Source: an uncultured Pseudomonadales bacterium (GTDB lineage: Bacteria > Patescibacteriota > Microgenomatia > UBA1400 > Chazhemtobacteraceae). Taken from it: DNA of 64,000 nucleotides. The notes under the pieces were generated by a model. The model was not told the DNA's origin. It saw only the letters and a program-made list of their open reading frames with translations, and did not search any database. Below are positions 39,711-47,832 of the stretch, piece by piece. Position 1 is the stretch's first letter; every line of letters begins with the position of its first letter. Position numbers and translations under genes: made by a program. The stretch is taken from contig CAYQZQ010000001.1 of NCBI GenBank assembly GCA_964422035.1, positions 313,013 through 377,012 of the forward strand. Reading direction: 5' to 3'.

Positions 39711-40967
39711 CTATTGACCAGTAATAACTACGGCATCAAACTGGGAGTCATCATCAAGCTGGGAAGACAAGGTGGCTGTAAAATCCTCTCCTAGTGAGTC
39801 CTCTATAGCTTGATAAAGCTTTGAGGGAGCTTGAGGATGAAGTTGGACTTGAGTAAGCTGGTAATCATAACGACCTGCGTTGCCGGTATCAATGTCTGCA
39901 AAACCAGCTTCTTCTAGCAGCTCTTGCATCTCTCCTGCTTGTCCGGGAGTACCAGTGCCGTTTAAGACCTGAATATTAAATTGGGTAAGATCCAGAGGAG
40001 TTGGAGTAGGGGTTGGAGTGGGGGTGGCTGTTGGTGTGGGTGTGGAGGCTGGTGAAGAGACAAAAGGAAGGGACCGATTGGAAACCAATAAACCACCGAT
40101 GAATAAGCCCGCAATAATAACTATTCCGATAATAACAGCTAGGATTGTAGTATTGACTGGCGCTTTGGTAACAGGCGAGGCTTGTTCTTCTTCTATATCT
40201 AAAGGGGTGATTGAAGGAACCAGAGGATGATTGGTATCTAAAGGGTTTTTAACTAGATATTCTAGAGGCTTAAGATCAACTTCTTGCTCTTTGATTGTTT
40301 TAGGAAGATCAGGTAAGTTCTCGGGAAGATTGTGATACAAAAGCTTGGGGCGAGTGTTGAAGTTGTCGATACATAGCTTCATTAGATCAGTTATTTTTTT
40401 ACTGGTTAAACGAGCAAAGGTTTTGGGCTGGAAGCTTAGTTTTTGATAAACCAGTTGAACTATGCCGCGAGAATCATCTAAGCCAGCCCAGGCAAGGAGA
40501 AAGGGGGCTTGTTGATCGGCTGATAAAGTGGCTAGTACGTCCGAGATTGAGAAAATACCTGCAATATGAAGTTTGTTGGCAAATGCAGCGGTAGACAGAT
40601 CATCTAAAAGATCAAGAGGCATGGCTACTACATGTATAAAGTCATCCTGGATGTTAAAAGCAATAGAGTCAGAGGTGATATCAAAATCAACTTGATCGGC
40701 GGTTTCAAGTAGGACATGATCTGGATCGGTTCTTTCAAAGTCTGTTAGATTAATAACTTTATAAAGCTTAGGAGAAAGAACAACCTGGACACTTTTAAGA
40801 TTAAGCTGATCTTGAATTTTTTCAAAGACTGGACCAAGGCTCTGCTCTTCTCTATCCATTTCATAGGTATCAAACGATCCATTGTTGGGAACAAGAAGGC
40901 GTATTTTATCTGGTGTGAGATACAAAAGTGATGGTTGAGATTTAATGGCCATAAGTTCATTGTACAA
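39711..40967 (-). CDS. Bitopic membrane protein with Pro/Thr linker and C-terminal LytR_C domain
   Basis: Cytoplasmic N-domain, one TM (ILAVIIGIVIIAGLFIGGLLV), a TPTPTATPTPTPTPTP linker, then FNIQVLNGTGTPGQAGEMQELLEEAGF (LytR_C-type signature). Confidence 0.6.
   Translation of the reverse strand: MYNELMAIKSQPSLLYLTPDKIRLLVPNNGSFDTYEMDREEQSLGPVFEKIQDQLNLKSVQVVLSPKLYKVINLTDFERTDPDHVLLETADQVDFDITSDSIAFNIQDDFIHVVAMPLDLLDDLSTAAFANKLHIAGIFSISDVLATLSADQQAPFLLAWAGLDDSRGIVQLVYQKLSFQPKTFARLTSKKITDLMKLCIDNFNTRPKLLYHNLPENLPDLPKTIKEQEVDLKPLEYLVKNPLDTNHPLVPSITPLDIEEEQASPVTKAPVNTTILAVIIGIVIIAGLFIGGLLVSNRSLPFVSSPASTPTPTATPTPTPTPTPLDLTQFNIQVLNGTGTPGQAGEMQELLEEAGFADIDTGNAGRYDYQLTQVQLHPQAPSKLYQAIEDSLGEDFTATLSSQLDDDSQFDAVVITGQ
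39975..40060. repeat. Low-complexity (ggtg/ggag)n tract encoding the Pro-Thr linker
   Basis: ggagtaggggttggagtgggggtggctgttggtgtgggtgtggaggctggtg on + strand, encoding the (TP)n linker on the - strand. Confidence 0.6.
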
Positions 40968-41036
40968 AATTATGAAAGTTGCACAACTTAAGCTGTTTGC
41001 TATGCTAGTAATAGTTATAAATTCAAAAAAATTAAA

Positions 41037-41801
41037 ATGTTCGAACTAAATGGAAAGTATGCACTAGTAACTGGTGCCTCAAGAGGAATTGGAAAAGGAA
41101 TAGCTTTGTCGCTGGCAGAGCAGGGAGCTAATGTAGCCATTAACTACCGATCAAGTATTGACCTGGCACATCAGGTGCAAAAGGAGATTGAAGAGATGGG
41201 TCAGGAAGCACTTGTAATTCAAGCCGACGTATCTAAATCAGAAGAAGTGGCTTTGATGTTTGAAAAAATTAAACAAGAATGGGGACAGCTGGATATCTTG
41301 GTTAATAATGCAGGCATCGTACAGTTTAAAGACTTTGAAGACATCAGTGAAGAAGACTGGGACAAAGTCTTGGATGTGAATCTTAAAGGTCAATTTTTAT
41401 GCTCTCAAGAAGCTGTAAAGATAATGAAGAAAAATAGCTGGGGAAGAATAATTAATATTGCCTCGATTGCATCAGGAGATGTGGGAGTTGGTTTTATGCA
41501 AACTACTCATTACACGGCCTCCAAAGGTGGAGTTAAAGGCTTAACCGAGAACATGGCTTTGGAACTGGGTAAGTACGGAATTAATGTCAACGCTATCGGA
41601 CCTGGTGTGATTGAAACAGACATGACACAGGGAATGGTAGATGATAAGCAAACCAAGGAAGGCATGCTGCAAAGAATTCCTAAAGGCCGAGTGGGTAAAA
41701 TTGAAGATATCGGTGCTGCTGCCGCCTTTTTAGCCAGCGAGGAAGCTGACTACATTACCGGAGCTGTCTTGTACGTAGATGGCGGCTGGTTGGCAGACTA
41801 A
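41037..41801 (+). CDS. SDR-family oxidoreductase, 3-oxoacyl-ACP reductase (FabG)-like
   Basis: TGASRGIGKGIA (TGxxxGIG), NNAG, and catalytic YTASKGG (YxxxK). 254 aa. Confidence 0.8.
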   Translation: MFELNGKYALVTGASRGIGKGIALSLAEQGANVAINYRSSIDLAHQVQKEIEEMGQEALVIQADVSKSEEVALMFEKIKQEWGQLDILVNNAGIVQFKDFEDISEEDWDKVLDVNLKGQFLCSQEAVKIMKKNSWGRIINIASIASGDVGVGFMQTTHYTASKGGVKGLTENMALELGKYGINVNAIGPGVIETDMTQGMVDDKQTKEGMLQRIPKGRVGKIEDIGAAAAFLASEEADYITGAVLYVDGGWLAD

Positions 41802-41803
41802 TC

Positions 41804-41831
41804 TTGACAGGAAAAGACAGAGGTTTAATAT
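41804..41831 (+). promoter_or_regulatory. Sigma70-like promoter (-35 TTGACA, 16-nt spacer, -10 TAATAT)
   Basis: TTGACA at 41804-41809 and TAATAT at 41826-41831, directly upstream of the riboswitch-like element. Confidence 0.45.
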
Positions 41832-41932
41832 AAGGATAAGCGACTGTGTTGAAGGAATGCGGTGTGAATCCGCAGCTGTGCCGCAACTGTGATCCCTTAG
41901 GGGCAAGCCAGAAAACTAGCAGTCGATAAGTA
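41832..41932 (+). promoter_or_regulatory. Candidate cobalamin (B12) riboswitch
   Basis: aaGGAAtgcGGTGtgAATCCgcagCtGtGCCGCAACTGTgat matches the cobalamin core GGGAAnnnGGTGnnAAnTCCnnnnCnGnnCCCGCCACTGT. Downstream GCCAGaaaACtaGCag resembles the B12-box GCCAGGAGACCTGCC. It ends ~10 nt before the AGGAG RBS of the next gene. Confidence 0.55.
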
Positions 41933-41951
41933 TCTCGTGCAGGAGAAATTT

Positions 41952-42977
41952 ATGGAAAGACAACAAACGGAAAAACTAGCATTCGATCTGAGAAAATACG
42001 CATCAATTGAGAGTCCGCAGTTGGCACAACAAAGACTGGCTGAAGACTTGTCAGGACTATCGCTGGAGCTGGCAGAGACGGAAGAGATGAGAATTACCCC
42101 TTTTTACTGGGAACAACGAGGAGATAAATTGGTAGCTCCGGATTTTGATGAAGATACAGACGTATTGGAGATGATTGAAGTTAATGACAGACTTGACCAT
42201 CTTGAGTACATGGCTAGTGCACGCATTAAGGAATACATACTAAATCAAGACAGCTTTCCAATTGTAACTATCTGGCTATCCCCTCCTTTTGAGGATGACA
42301 GTGAAGAGTATCCGGAAGGGAGAATCAATATCGGCATCGGCAGAAAAAAAGATCAGATAAAGATAGTTGATAATTGGGGGATTGCCAGTAAATGGAATCA
42401 GGAGACGTTTGTTGAGCTGGGCAACTGGTTGACGAATTTTTCTGATAAACCTGATAGGGAATATCAAAACAGCGACCAACTAAGAAGTGAGCCTATTTTT
42501 ATTGATAAGAGCAAGATGGGAGGCAAGGAACCTTTGGGCTTTTTGCAGGAAATTATTCCTTTGGAAGATGAAGTTTGGAATCAAATTACCTCAAACGAGA
42601 TCAAGGTTTTAAAGGAGAAAAACATCAAAGAGGCCAAAATTATCGCCAAGGAAGCTGTTGCTAAAATGGGAAAAATTAAAAATAGAGAAGATTGGTATTA
42701 TCTGGGAGCAATGATTGAAGAAAGAATGCAAAAACAGATTGGTTATGGTTTTAGATCCAACTCTGGTTGCGGAGTACTGAATTCAGAAAAGGTAGTCTCA
42801 AGCTATGCATACAGCCATACCTCAGTAGACAGCGGAGGAAAGGCAGAAGTGAAGACATTGACCAGCGAAGAAGCAAAATATGTCAAAAAATGCGGCAACT
42901 GCGGAGCAACGATAGAGAAAAGAATTAGTGCGGGATACACCTGTTCTGAGTGTGGCGGTGTTTACAAAGGTTGCTAG
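41952..42977 (+). CDS. Hypothetical soluble protein with C-terminal CxxC-x16-CxxC zinc ribbon (riboswitch-controlled)
   Basis: ATG at 41952 preceded by AGGAG; the ORF track starts earlier at a GTG (41937). No TM helices and an acidic N-terminal half. C-terminus CGNCGATIEKRISAGYTCSECGG. No family recognised. Confidence 0.6.
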   Translation: MERQQTEKLAFDLRKYASIESPQLAQQRLAEDLSGLSLELAETEEMRITPFYWEQRGDKLVAPDFDEDTDVLEMIEVNDRLDHLEYMASARIKEYILNQDSFPIVTIWLSPPFEDDSEEYPEGRINIGIGRKKDQIKIVDNWGIASKWNQETFVELGNWLTNFSDKPDREYQNSDQLRSEPIFIDKSKMGGKEPLGFLQEIIPLEDEVWNQITSNEIKVLKEKNIKEAKIIAKEAVAKMGKIKNREDWYYLGAMIEERMQKQIGYGFRSNSGCGVLNSEKVVSSYAYSHTSVDSGGKAEVKTLTSEEAKYVKKCGNCGATIEKRISAGYTCSECGGVYKGC

Positions 42978-43019
42978 AGTATTGACTGCTATAGCAGATA
43001 GTGTGCTAAGCTGAAATCA

Positions 43020-43685
43020 GTGGCAAAAGAAAGTTATAAAGGGGAAGTAAAAGCTCCGGTTATTCCAATGAGGTTTGCAAAAGGAGGCAGGGTGAGTTGG
43101 TGCAAGGTTCAAAAGGGGGACACAGTAAAAAAGGGCCAAGCGCTAGCAGGCCTTGACTCAAGAGAGTTGGAAATACAACACAAGATAGAACTAGCTGACT
43201 ACCAAAGAGTCAGAGCAGAGTTTGATAAGACCAGCCGGCAGATTCCAGAAGCTAAAACGGACGATGAGAAAACAGAGAAACAAATTGCCCAAGCGAAACT
43301 TGATAAAGCGGTTAAGTCAGTTGAGAAAACTCAGTTGGGGCTAGATGAGATGACTTTGCTTAGTCCAGTTAATGGGATAGTGATTGAGGACAGTGATTTG
43401 CGAGCAGGAATGAGAATCAGCCCGGCAAGTTTTGAGATTGAGATAGCTGATATGGATCAAGTGGTAGTGGAAACAGAGATTGAGCTTGAAGTGATTCGAG
43501 AAAACAAGTTATCAAAAGGCAGTAAAGCAAAACTTATATTAGGCGGACAGGAGATGGAAACAGAGATAATCTGGATGGATAATATGGCTGAAAAGGGAAA
43601 TTTGGAGGTATTGTTTAAGATACCTGAGGGACTTGAGTATGTTTTGGGCGAAAAGGGTGAGATTGAGCTTGTTGTTGAAAGCTAG
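43020..43685 (+). CDS. Hypothetical protein with biotin-lipoyl-like / HlyD-adaptor-like N-terminal barrel and coiled-coil
   Basis: VQKGDTVKKGQALAGLDSRELEIQ resembles the lipoyl-like hairpin of membrane-fusion (HlyD) proteins, followed by coiled-coil-like sequence. No TM anchor. Confidence 0.45.
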   Translation: MAKESYKGEVKAPVIPMRFAKGGRVSWCKVQKGDTVKKGQALAGLDSRELEIQHKIELADYQRVRAEFDKTSRQIPEAKTDDEKTEKQIAQAKLDKAVKSVEKTQLGLDEMTLLSPVNGIVIEDSDLRAGMRISPASFEIEIADMDQVVVETEIELEVIRENKLSKGSKAKLILGGQEMETEIIWMDNMAEKGNLEVLFKIPEGLEYVLGEKGEIELVVES

Positions 43686-43736
43686 GAGTAAGATGGACTG
43701 AAATACAGGTATGGAAAAGGTTATTGAATCAATTGG

Positions 43737-44027
43737 ATGGGGGTTAGCTGGATTGACGGTTGTAGGAGGAAGGAAGTTTTCAAGTATGGACTGGCTTTAA
43801 GTTTGATTGGAGCTGTAATTACTTTGTATCATTACTGGTTGCAGGTTGGAGGAGTGGAATCGGTGGCTTGTGGAGTAGTTGGGTACTCTCCTTCCTGCTC
43901 TAATTACTTCTTTTTGAGATTTGGCTATATCACTATTGCAATGATGACTTTGACTGCTTTTTCAATGGTTAGCCTACTTCTGGGCTGGACAGGACAGCTT
44001 CTAGACCAAAAAGAGTCTGATCTTTAA
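43737..44027 (+). pseudogene. Possible DsbB/BdbC-like thiol-disulfide oxidoreductase C-terminal half (2 TM + Cys pair); may be a gene fragment
   Basis: ITLYHYWLQ...VACGVVGYSPSCS...LTAFSMVSLLL resembles the TM3-loop-TM4 half of BdbC-like proteins (from memory). The N-terminal TM1-CxxC-TM2 half is absent. The 3' end overlaps the convergent pgk by ~58 nt. Confidence 0.3.
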
Positions 44028-45030
44028 GGAAAGTTAACAAGGCCCCGCCACCGACAGAGACAAAATCAAATTCTTGCCAAGCATCAGCACGTGAGATAAG
44101 ACGATGGGTATCGCCTCCTCCGGCAATTTTGTATGCAGAGCTTTGGATGATAGCCTGCATGATTTTTTCAGTACCTTTATGATTTGGCGCTTGCTCATAT
44201 TTGCCTAGTGGGCCAGCCCAAGCGATGCTAGCTGCTTTGTCAATTATTCCTTCCCAGGTATTGATGGTTTCTTTGTTTATATCTAGCTTTTGCTCGTTTA
44301 ATTTGGCAACATTGATTTTGGCTGGATCGTAGTCGATTGCCTGCTTTTTAATATCAACAGGCAGCTTGCCGCCGACAAGGGTGATGTCTGCCCAGTCTTG
44401 AAGAAAATCAAGATATGAAACCTTGTCTGCTTTACTGCCCCCGATAACAAAAACTAAAGGTCTGTCTGGATCTTCAATCAAGTTATCTAAAGTTCTTAAC
44501 TCCAGCTCAAAGCGTAGACCAAGCAAGCCAGGGAGAATCTGAGGAACTTTAGTGATTGAAGCGTGATCTCTGTGAGAAGTAGCAAAAGTATCATTTACAT
44601 ACACATCAGCTAAAGAGGCTAGTTTTTGAGTAAAATCTTTGTCTGCCTGTCTTTCGCCAGGATGGAAACGGAGGTTTTCTAGCAAAACTAAACTGGAGTT
44701 TTCCTGGTCGATATTATCAAGCGTTACCAAAGGACAAAGTTTGTAGTTTTGGGTAAACCAGTTAGAGATGGGTTCTAGGCTAAGCTCAGAATCAGGCTGG
44801 CCGCCAGGACGACCTATGTGACCACAAAGAATTATTTTTTCTACACCTTTTTCTTTTAATACTTCAAGAGTGGGAACGGCAGTCTTAAGACGAAAGTCTT
44901 CATCAACAATTAATTCCTCCCCCTGCTTTCTTAAATCTTCATCACAGTCGATGCGGACTAAAGCTGTTTTACCGGAAAGATCCAAATCAGGATCAGATAA
45001 ATATGGAGTTTTCTTCATAATGTTTATCAT
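43969..45030 (-). CDS. pgk: Phosphoglycerate kinase
   Basis: LVRIDCDEDL (RVDFNVP-like), ILCGHIGRPGG (ILxSHLGRP), LLENLRFHPGE (LLENxRFxxxEE), YVNDTFATSHRDHAS (YVNDAFGxAHRAHAS), GGGALLTFL (GGGASLE). At 353 aa it is shorter than typical PGK (~395). Confidence 0.85.
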   Translation of the reverse strand: MINIMKKTPYLSDPDLDLSGKTALVRIDCDEDLRKQGEELIVDEDFRLKTAVPTLEVLKEKGVEKIILCGHIGRPGGQPDSELSLEPISNWFTQNYKLCPLVTLDNIDQENSSLVLLENLRFHPGERQADKDFTQKLASLADVYVNDTFATSHRDHASITKVPQILPGLLGLRFELELRTLDNLIEDPDRPLVFVIGGSKADKVSYLDFLQDWADITLVGGKLPVDIKKQAIDYDPAKINVAKLNEQKLDINKETINTWEGIIDKAASIAWAGPLGKYEQAPNHKGTEKIMQAIIQSSAYKIAGGGDTHRLISRADAWQEFDFVSVGGGALLTFLKDQTLFGLEAVLSSPEVG

Positions 45031-45092
45031 AACAAAAATAAGAAGAGAGCAGGAAACTGATCATTGAATTTTAGAAAGAGAGTGAAAATTTC

Positions 45093-45527
45093 CTATCTAT
45101 TTATAAACTCTTCTATTTGTTCGTGCGGAATTAAGACCTCCATTTTAATATCTTCACCAAAAACAGTTTTCGTGTATTCCTCAATTGGTACTGGTACGTC
45201 AAGCATTGGATCAAAGGCTTGACCGTCACAACAACAAACTTGATGAGCACCCCACGTTACTCTACCTTCGTAAATCGTTGGTGCTAATGTTTTTGAGTGA
45301 ATAAAACTGCCTTTACGTACATCTTCGGCAATTTTTGCTATATGTGGTTGTTTACCGGCGGCAATAAATAATTTTGCAATATCTATCGCAATTAGACTGC
45401 AATGTTCAGGGTAGCGACCGTCTGGCGATTTATAATCATTGGTGATAGTTGCGTGTTTTTCTCGTAGATAATCTAAAACTGTTTCTAGAATCTCTTTTGA
45501 TTCTACACTTGAAATTTTTTCATTCAT
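45093..45527 (-). CDS. Hypothetical protein
   Basis: 144-aa ORF with a CCC triplet (HQVCCCDG). No family recognised. Confidence 0.45.
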   Translation of the reverse strand: MNEKISSVESKEILETVLDYLREKHATITNDYKSPDGRYPEHCSLIAIDIAKLFIAAGKQPHIAKIAEDVRKGSFIHSKTLAPTIYEGRVTWGAHQVCCCDGQAFDPMLDVPVPIEEYTKTVFGEDIKMEVLIPHEQIEEFINR

Positions 45528-45716
45528 ATGGGTGTTATTTTAATGTAAATTTTTCTATTTCGCCTAACGTTTAAGTATATGAGAAGTTTCGCACAATCCA
45601 CATTATTCTTCAATTAGTGTGTGCGAAATTTGGGTGAAAGAAATTTACATTCCTTTTTAAATCTTAATCGTAAATTTCTTGAACCTCATATACTTTGTTA
45701 TCTGAAGTTTAATTTT

Positions 45717-46046
45717 TTATTTGTAGTCTAGCAGTTGGAAAATATCAATCGGCACTTCTTCGTATGGGTGTGCTTTTTTGATTGCATCAATAACATGATT
45801 AATTTTATCTTGCTCACAAATAAATTCAATTTTAACCTCAGCGACTTTTTCAATCTCACCTTGTTTGCCAATTGTGGGGTTAGAACCTTCCATTGGTAAA
45901 AAATATCCATGACCTTCACTCAAAAAAGCACAATAAGTATAATTGCCGATTACTCCTCCTCCAACTTTTCCAATTGCTAGACGGACTTTATCTGCTGAAT
46001 CTTTTGGACAGTATGTTTGTATTTTTACGACTTTACTTGGTTTCAT
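45717..46046 (-). CDS. Hypothetical small protein (possible ferredoxin-like/PII-like fold)
   Basis: 109-aa ORF, alternating beta/alpha-like pattern. No motif recognised. Confidence 0.45.
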   Translation of the reverse strand: MKPSKVVKIQTYCPKDSADKVRLAIGKVGGGVIGNYTYCAFLSEGHGYFLPMEGSNPTIGKQGEIEKVAEVKIEFICEQDKINHVIDAIKKAHPYEEVPIDIFQLLDYK

Positions 46047-46179
46047 AGAAAAAAATTAAATATTAGATAACTCGTTATTATACGCACTTCTTCGTAATTA
46101 TTACTACCTATTGTGTATTATGCGAAAAAAATATTATTATTAATTAACTATGATCTTATTTTACTAAAAATAGATTGAT

Positions 46180-46998
46180 GTGCAAAAACAACTTATCAAA
46201 CTTAAAAAAGAGTTAAGAATTCGCGATTACAGCCCAAAGACCGTAAAAAGCTATTTATATGCGCTCAAAAAATATTTTTTGTTTAAAAACTCAGATTTGG
46301 AAGTCTTAGATACAGAAAACATAAAGAGTTTCTTGCTTAAGACTAAAAAGGAAGGAGTTTCTGCGCGGACTCGTAATCTTTACTTAAATGCCATTAAGTT
46401 TTATTATCGCGATATTGTAAAGAGTAAGAGAGAAATAAATATTCGATCAGCAAAGATAAGCAAAAATTTGCCAGTAGTACTTTCAAGAGAGGAAATAAAA
46501 AGACTGTTAAAACAGACGAAAAACTCAAAACACAAACTTCTTTTATCTTTGGCTTATGGGGCTGGATTACGAGTAAGTGAGGTGATAAGTCTTAAAGTTA
46601 AAGATATTGACTTAAAAGAATTAACGATTCATCTTAAAAACGCCAAGGGCAAAAAAGATAGATTAACTATTTTCCCAAATAAGATAAAGGCAGGCTTAAA
46701 GAACTTAATTGCCGAAAAAGGTAAAAATGATTTTGTTTTTTCCAGTCAGAGGGGTGGGAGTCTATCCGTAAGAACAGCACAAAAAGTTTTTAAGAATTCC
46801 TTAAAAAGAGCGAAAATTAAAAAACAGGCTACTTTCCATAGTTTGCGTCATAGTTTTGCCACGCATCTGTTGGAAAATGGGGTGGATGTACGTTATGTGC
46901 AGGAATTGCTTGGACACGAAAATATTCGAACTACACAAGGATATACGCAGGTGACTAATCTAAAACTAAAGAATATTGAAAGTCCATTATCTACTTAG
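46180..46998 (+). CDS. Tyrosine site-specific recombinase (XerC/XerD/phage-integrase family)
   Basis: Catalytic-domain boxes LSLAYGAGLRVSEVISLKVKDID (box I Arg), HSLRHSFATHLLENGVDVRYVQELLGHENIRTTQGYTQV (HxxR...Y nucleophile). N-terminal SAM-like core-binding region. Confidence 0.85.
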   Translation: MQKQLIKLKKELRIRDYSPKTVKSYLYALKKYFLFKNSDLEVLDTENIKSFLLKTKKEGVSARTRNLYLNAIKFYYRDIVKSKREINIRSAKISKNLPVVLSREEIKRLLKQTKNSKHKLLLSLAYGAGLRVSEVISLKVKDIDLKELTIHLKNAKGKKDRLTIFPNKIKAGLKNLIAEKGKNDFVFSSQRGGSLSVRTAQKVFKNSLKRAKIKKQATFHSLRHSFATHLLENGVDVRYVQELLGHENIRTTQGYTQVTNLKLKNIESPLST

Positions 46999-47045
46999 AA
47001 AGATCGGTTTTTAGTAGTATAGATTACACAAGTTTTGGTAAACTT

Positions 47046-47432
47046 ATGCTAATGAAGAAAATTAAGGATTGGTTTTTGATAACTGGAGTGTTTTTGCTTT
47101 TAGACTGGTTATGGTTGGGAGTGGTTGGTCAAGGATTATATGAACAAGGTTTAAGTTTTGCTTGGGGAGATTTTCGAATGCTGCCGGGGATAATGGCTCA
47201 AGTGGTGATTGCCACTACTTTGTATCTAGTAGCTGAGAAGATTAATCAACATGAAAGTAAGTCGACGATCCTCTACTCTACTCTGGTGGGAATGGGAATA
47301 TATGCTACTTATGACTTGACTAATCTTTATCTATTTTCCCAGTGGCCGATTGGATTAAGCGTGGTTGATATTATCTGGGGAGGATTTCAGGGACTGGTCG
47401 CTGGTGGGCTGGTTAAAAAGCTTAATCAGTAG
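47046..47432 (+). CDS. Small membrane protein (DUF2177-like)
   Basis: 128 aa, 3-4 TM helices, Trp/Gly-rich loops. Confidence 0.5.
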   Translation: MLMKKIKDWFLITGVFLLLDWLWLGVVGQGLYEQGLSFAWGDFRMLPGIMAQVVIATTLYLVAEKINQHESKSTILYSTLVGMGIYATYDLTNLYLFSQWPIGLSVVDIIWGGFQGLVAGGLVKKLNQ

Positions 47433-47832
47433 CTTCTTTTTCAGATAAATACTGCTTGACTAACTGGATGTCTTTGAGGTCTTTGGGGCGAGCCATTTTC
47501 TTTTTGCTATCAATGAGATGTTTGAGTTTTACATATGGATGACCCTGGATCATCTCTGATTGTTTAATCATTTTCTGCACTTTTTTTGATGAAGTACCTG
47601 GCCAAGTAATCATGGCTTCAATGTCGCCTATTTCTACAAGTGTATTACCATTTAATATTTTTGTGGGATATTGTTTTTCTAGTTTTTCAAAAATAGAGGG
47701 GGTGACCAGAATATCGATGTCATCGGTTTTTCTGATGCCTCTGATTGCTAGAGGACCAGAGCCGAAAATAGCGTATTGATCAGTGGGTAAATTAAGCTCA
47801 TCGAGCTGACCTAAAAGATCTGAAAAATTCAT
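47422..47832 (-). CDS. Minimal nucleotidyltransferase (Pol-beta superfamily, MNT-like)
   Basis: FGSGPLAIRGIRKTDDIDILV fits the hG[GS]x9-13Dh[DE]h nucleotidyltransferase signature (compare the MNT consensus GSxARGxxxxxSDIDLLV). No HEPN partner is adjacent. Confidence 0.5.
   Translation of the reverse strand: MNFSDLLGQLDELNLPTDQYAIFGSGPLAIRGIRKTDDIDILVTPSIFEKLEKQYPTKILNGNTLVEIGDIEAMITWPGTSSKKVQKMIKQSEMIQGHPYVKLKHLIDSKKKMARPKDLKDIQLVKQYLSEKEATD

Noticed and set aside
39975-40060. Possible tandem-repeat / CRISPR-like periodicity in the ggtg/ggag-rich tract
   Set aside because: It is simply the codon-level repeat encoding a (Thr-Pro)n linker inside the LytR_C protein. There are no spacers and no repeat-spacer architecture. 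I saw no CRISPR array anywhere in the window.
41037-41801. Assigning the SDR gene specifically as fabG of a fatty-acid synthesis operon
   Set aside because: Sequence is FabG-like, but no acpP/fabF/fabD neighbours are present, and reduced genomes often lack FAS II. Left as SDR/FabG-like without a gene symbol.
46047-46179. att site / tRNA-fragment duplication next to the integrase
   Set aside because: I looked for a copy of the tRNA-Ala 3' end or other direct repeats bounding an island. I saw only short imperfect AT-rich repeats, insufficient to call attL/attR. Kept as a hypothesis in findings only.
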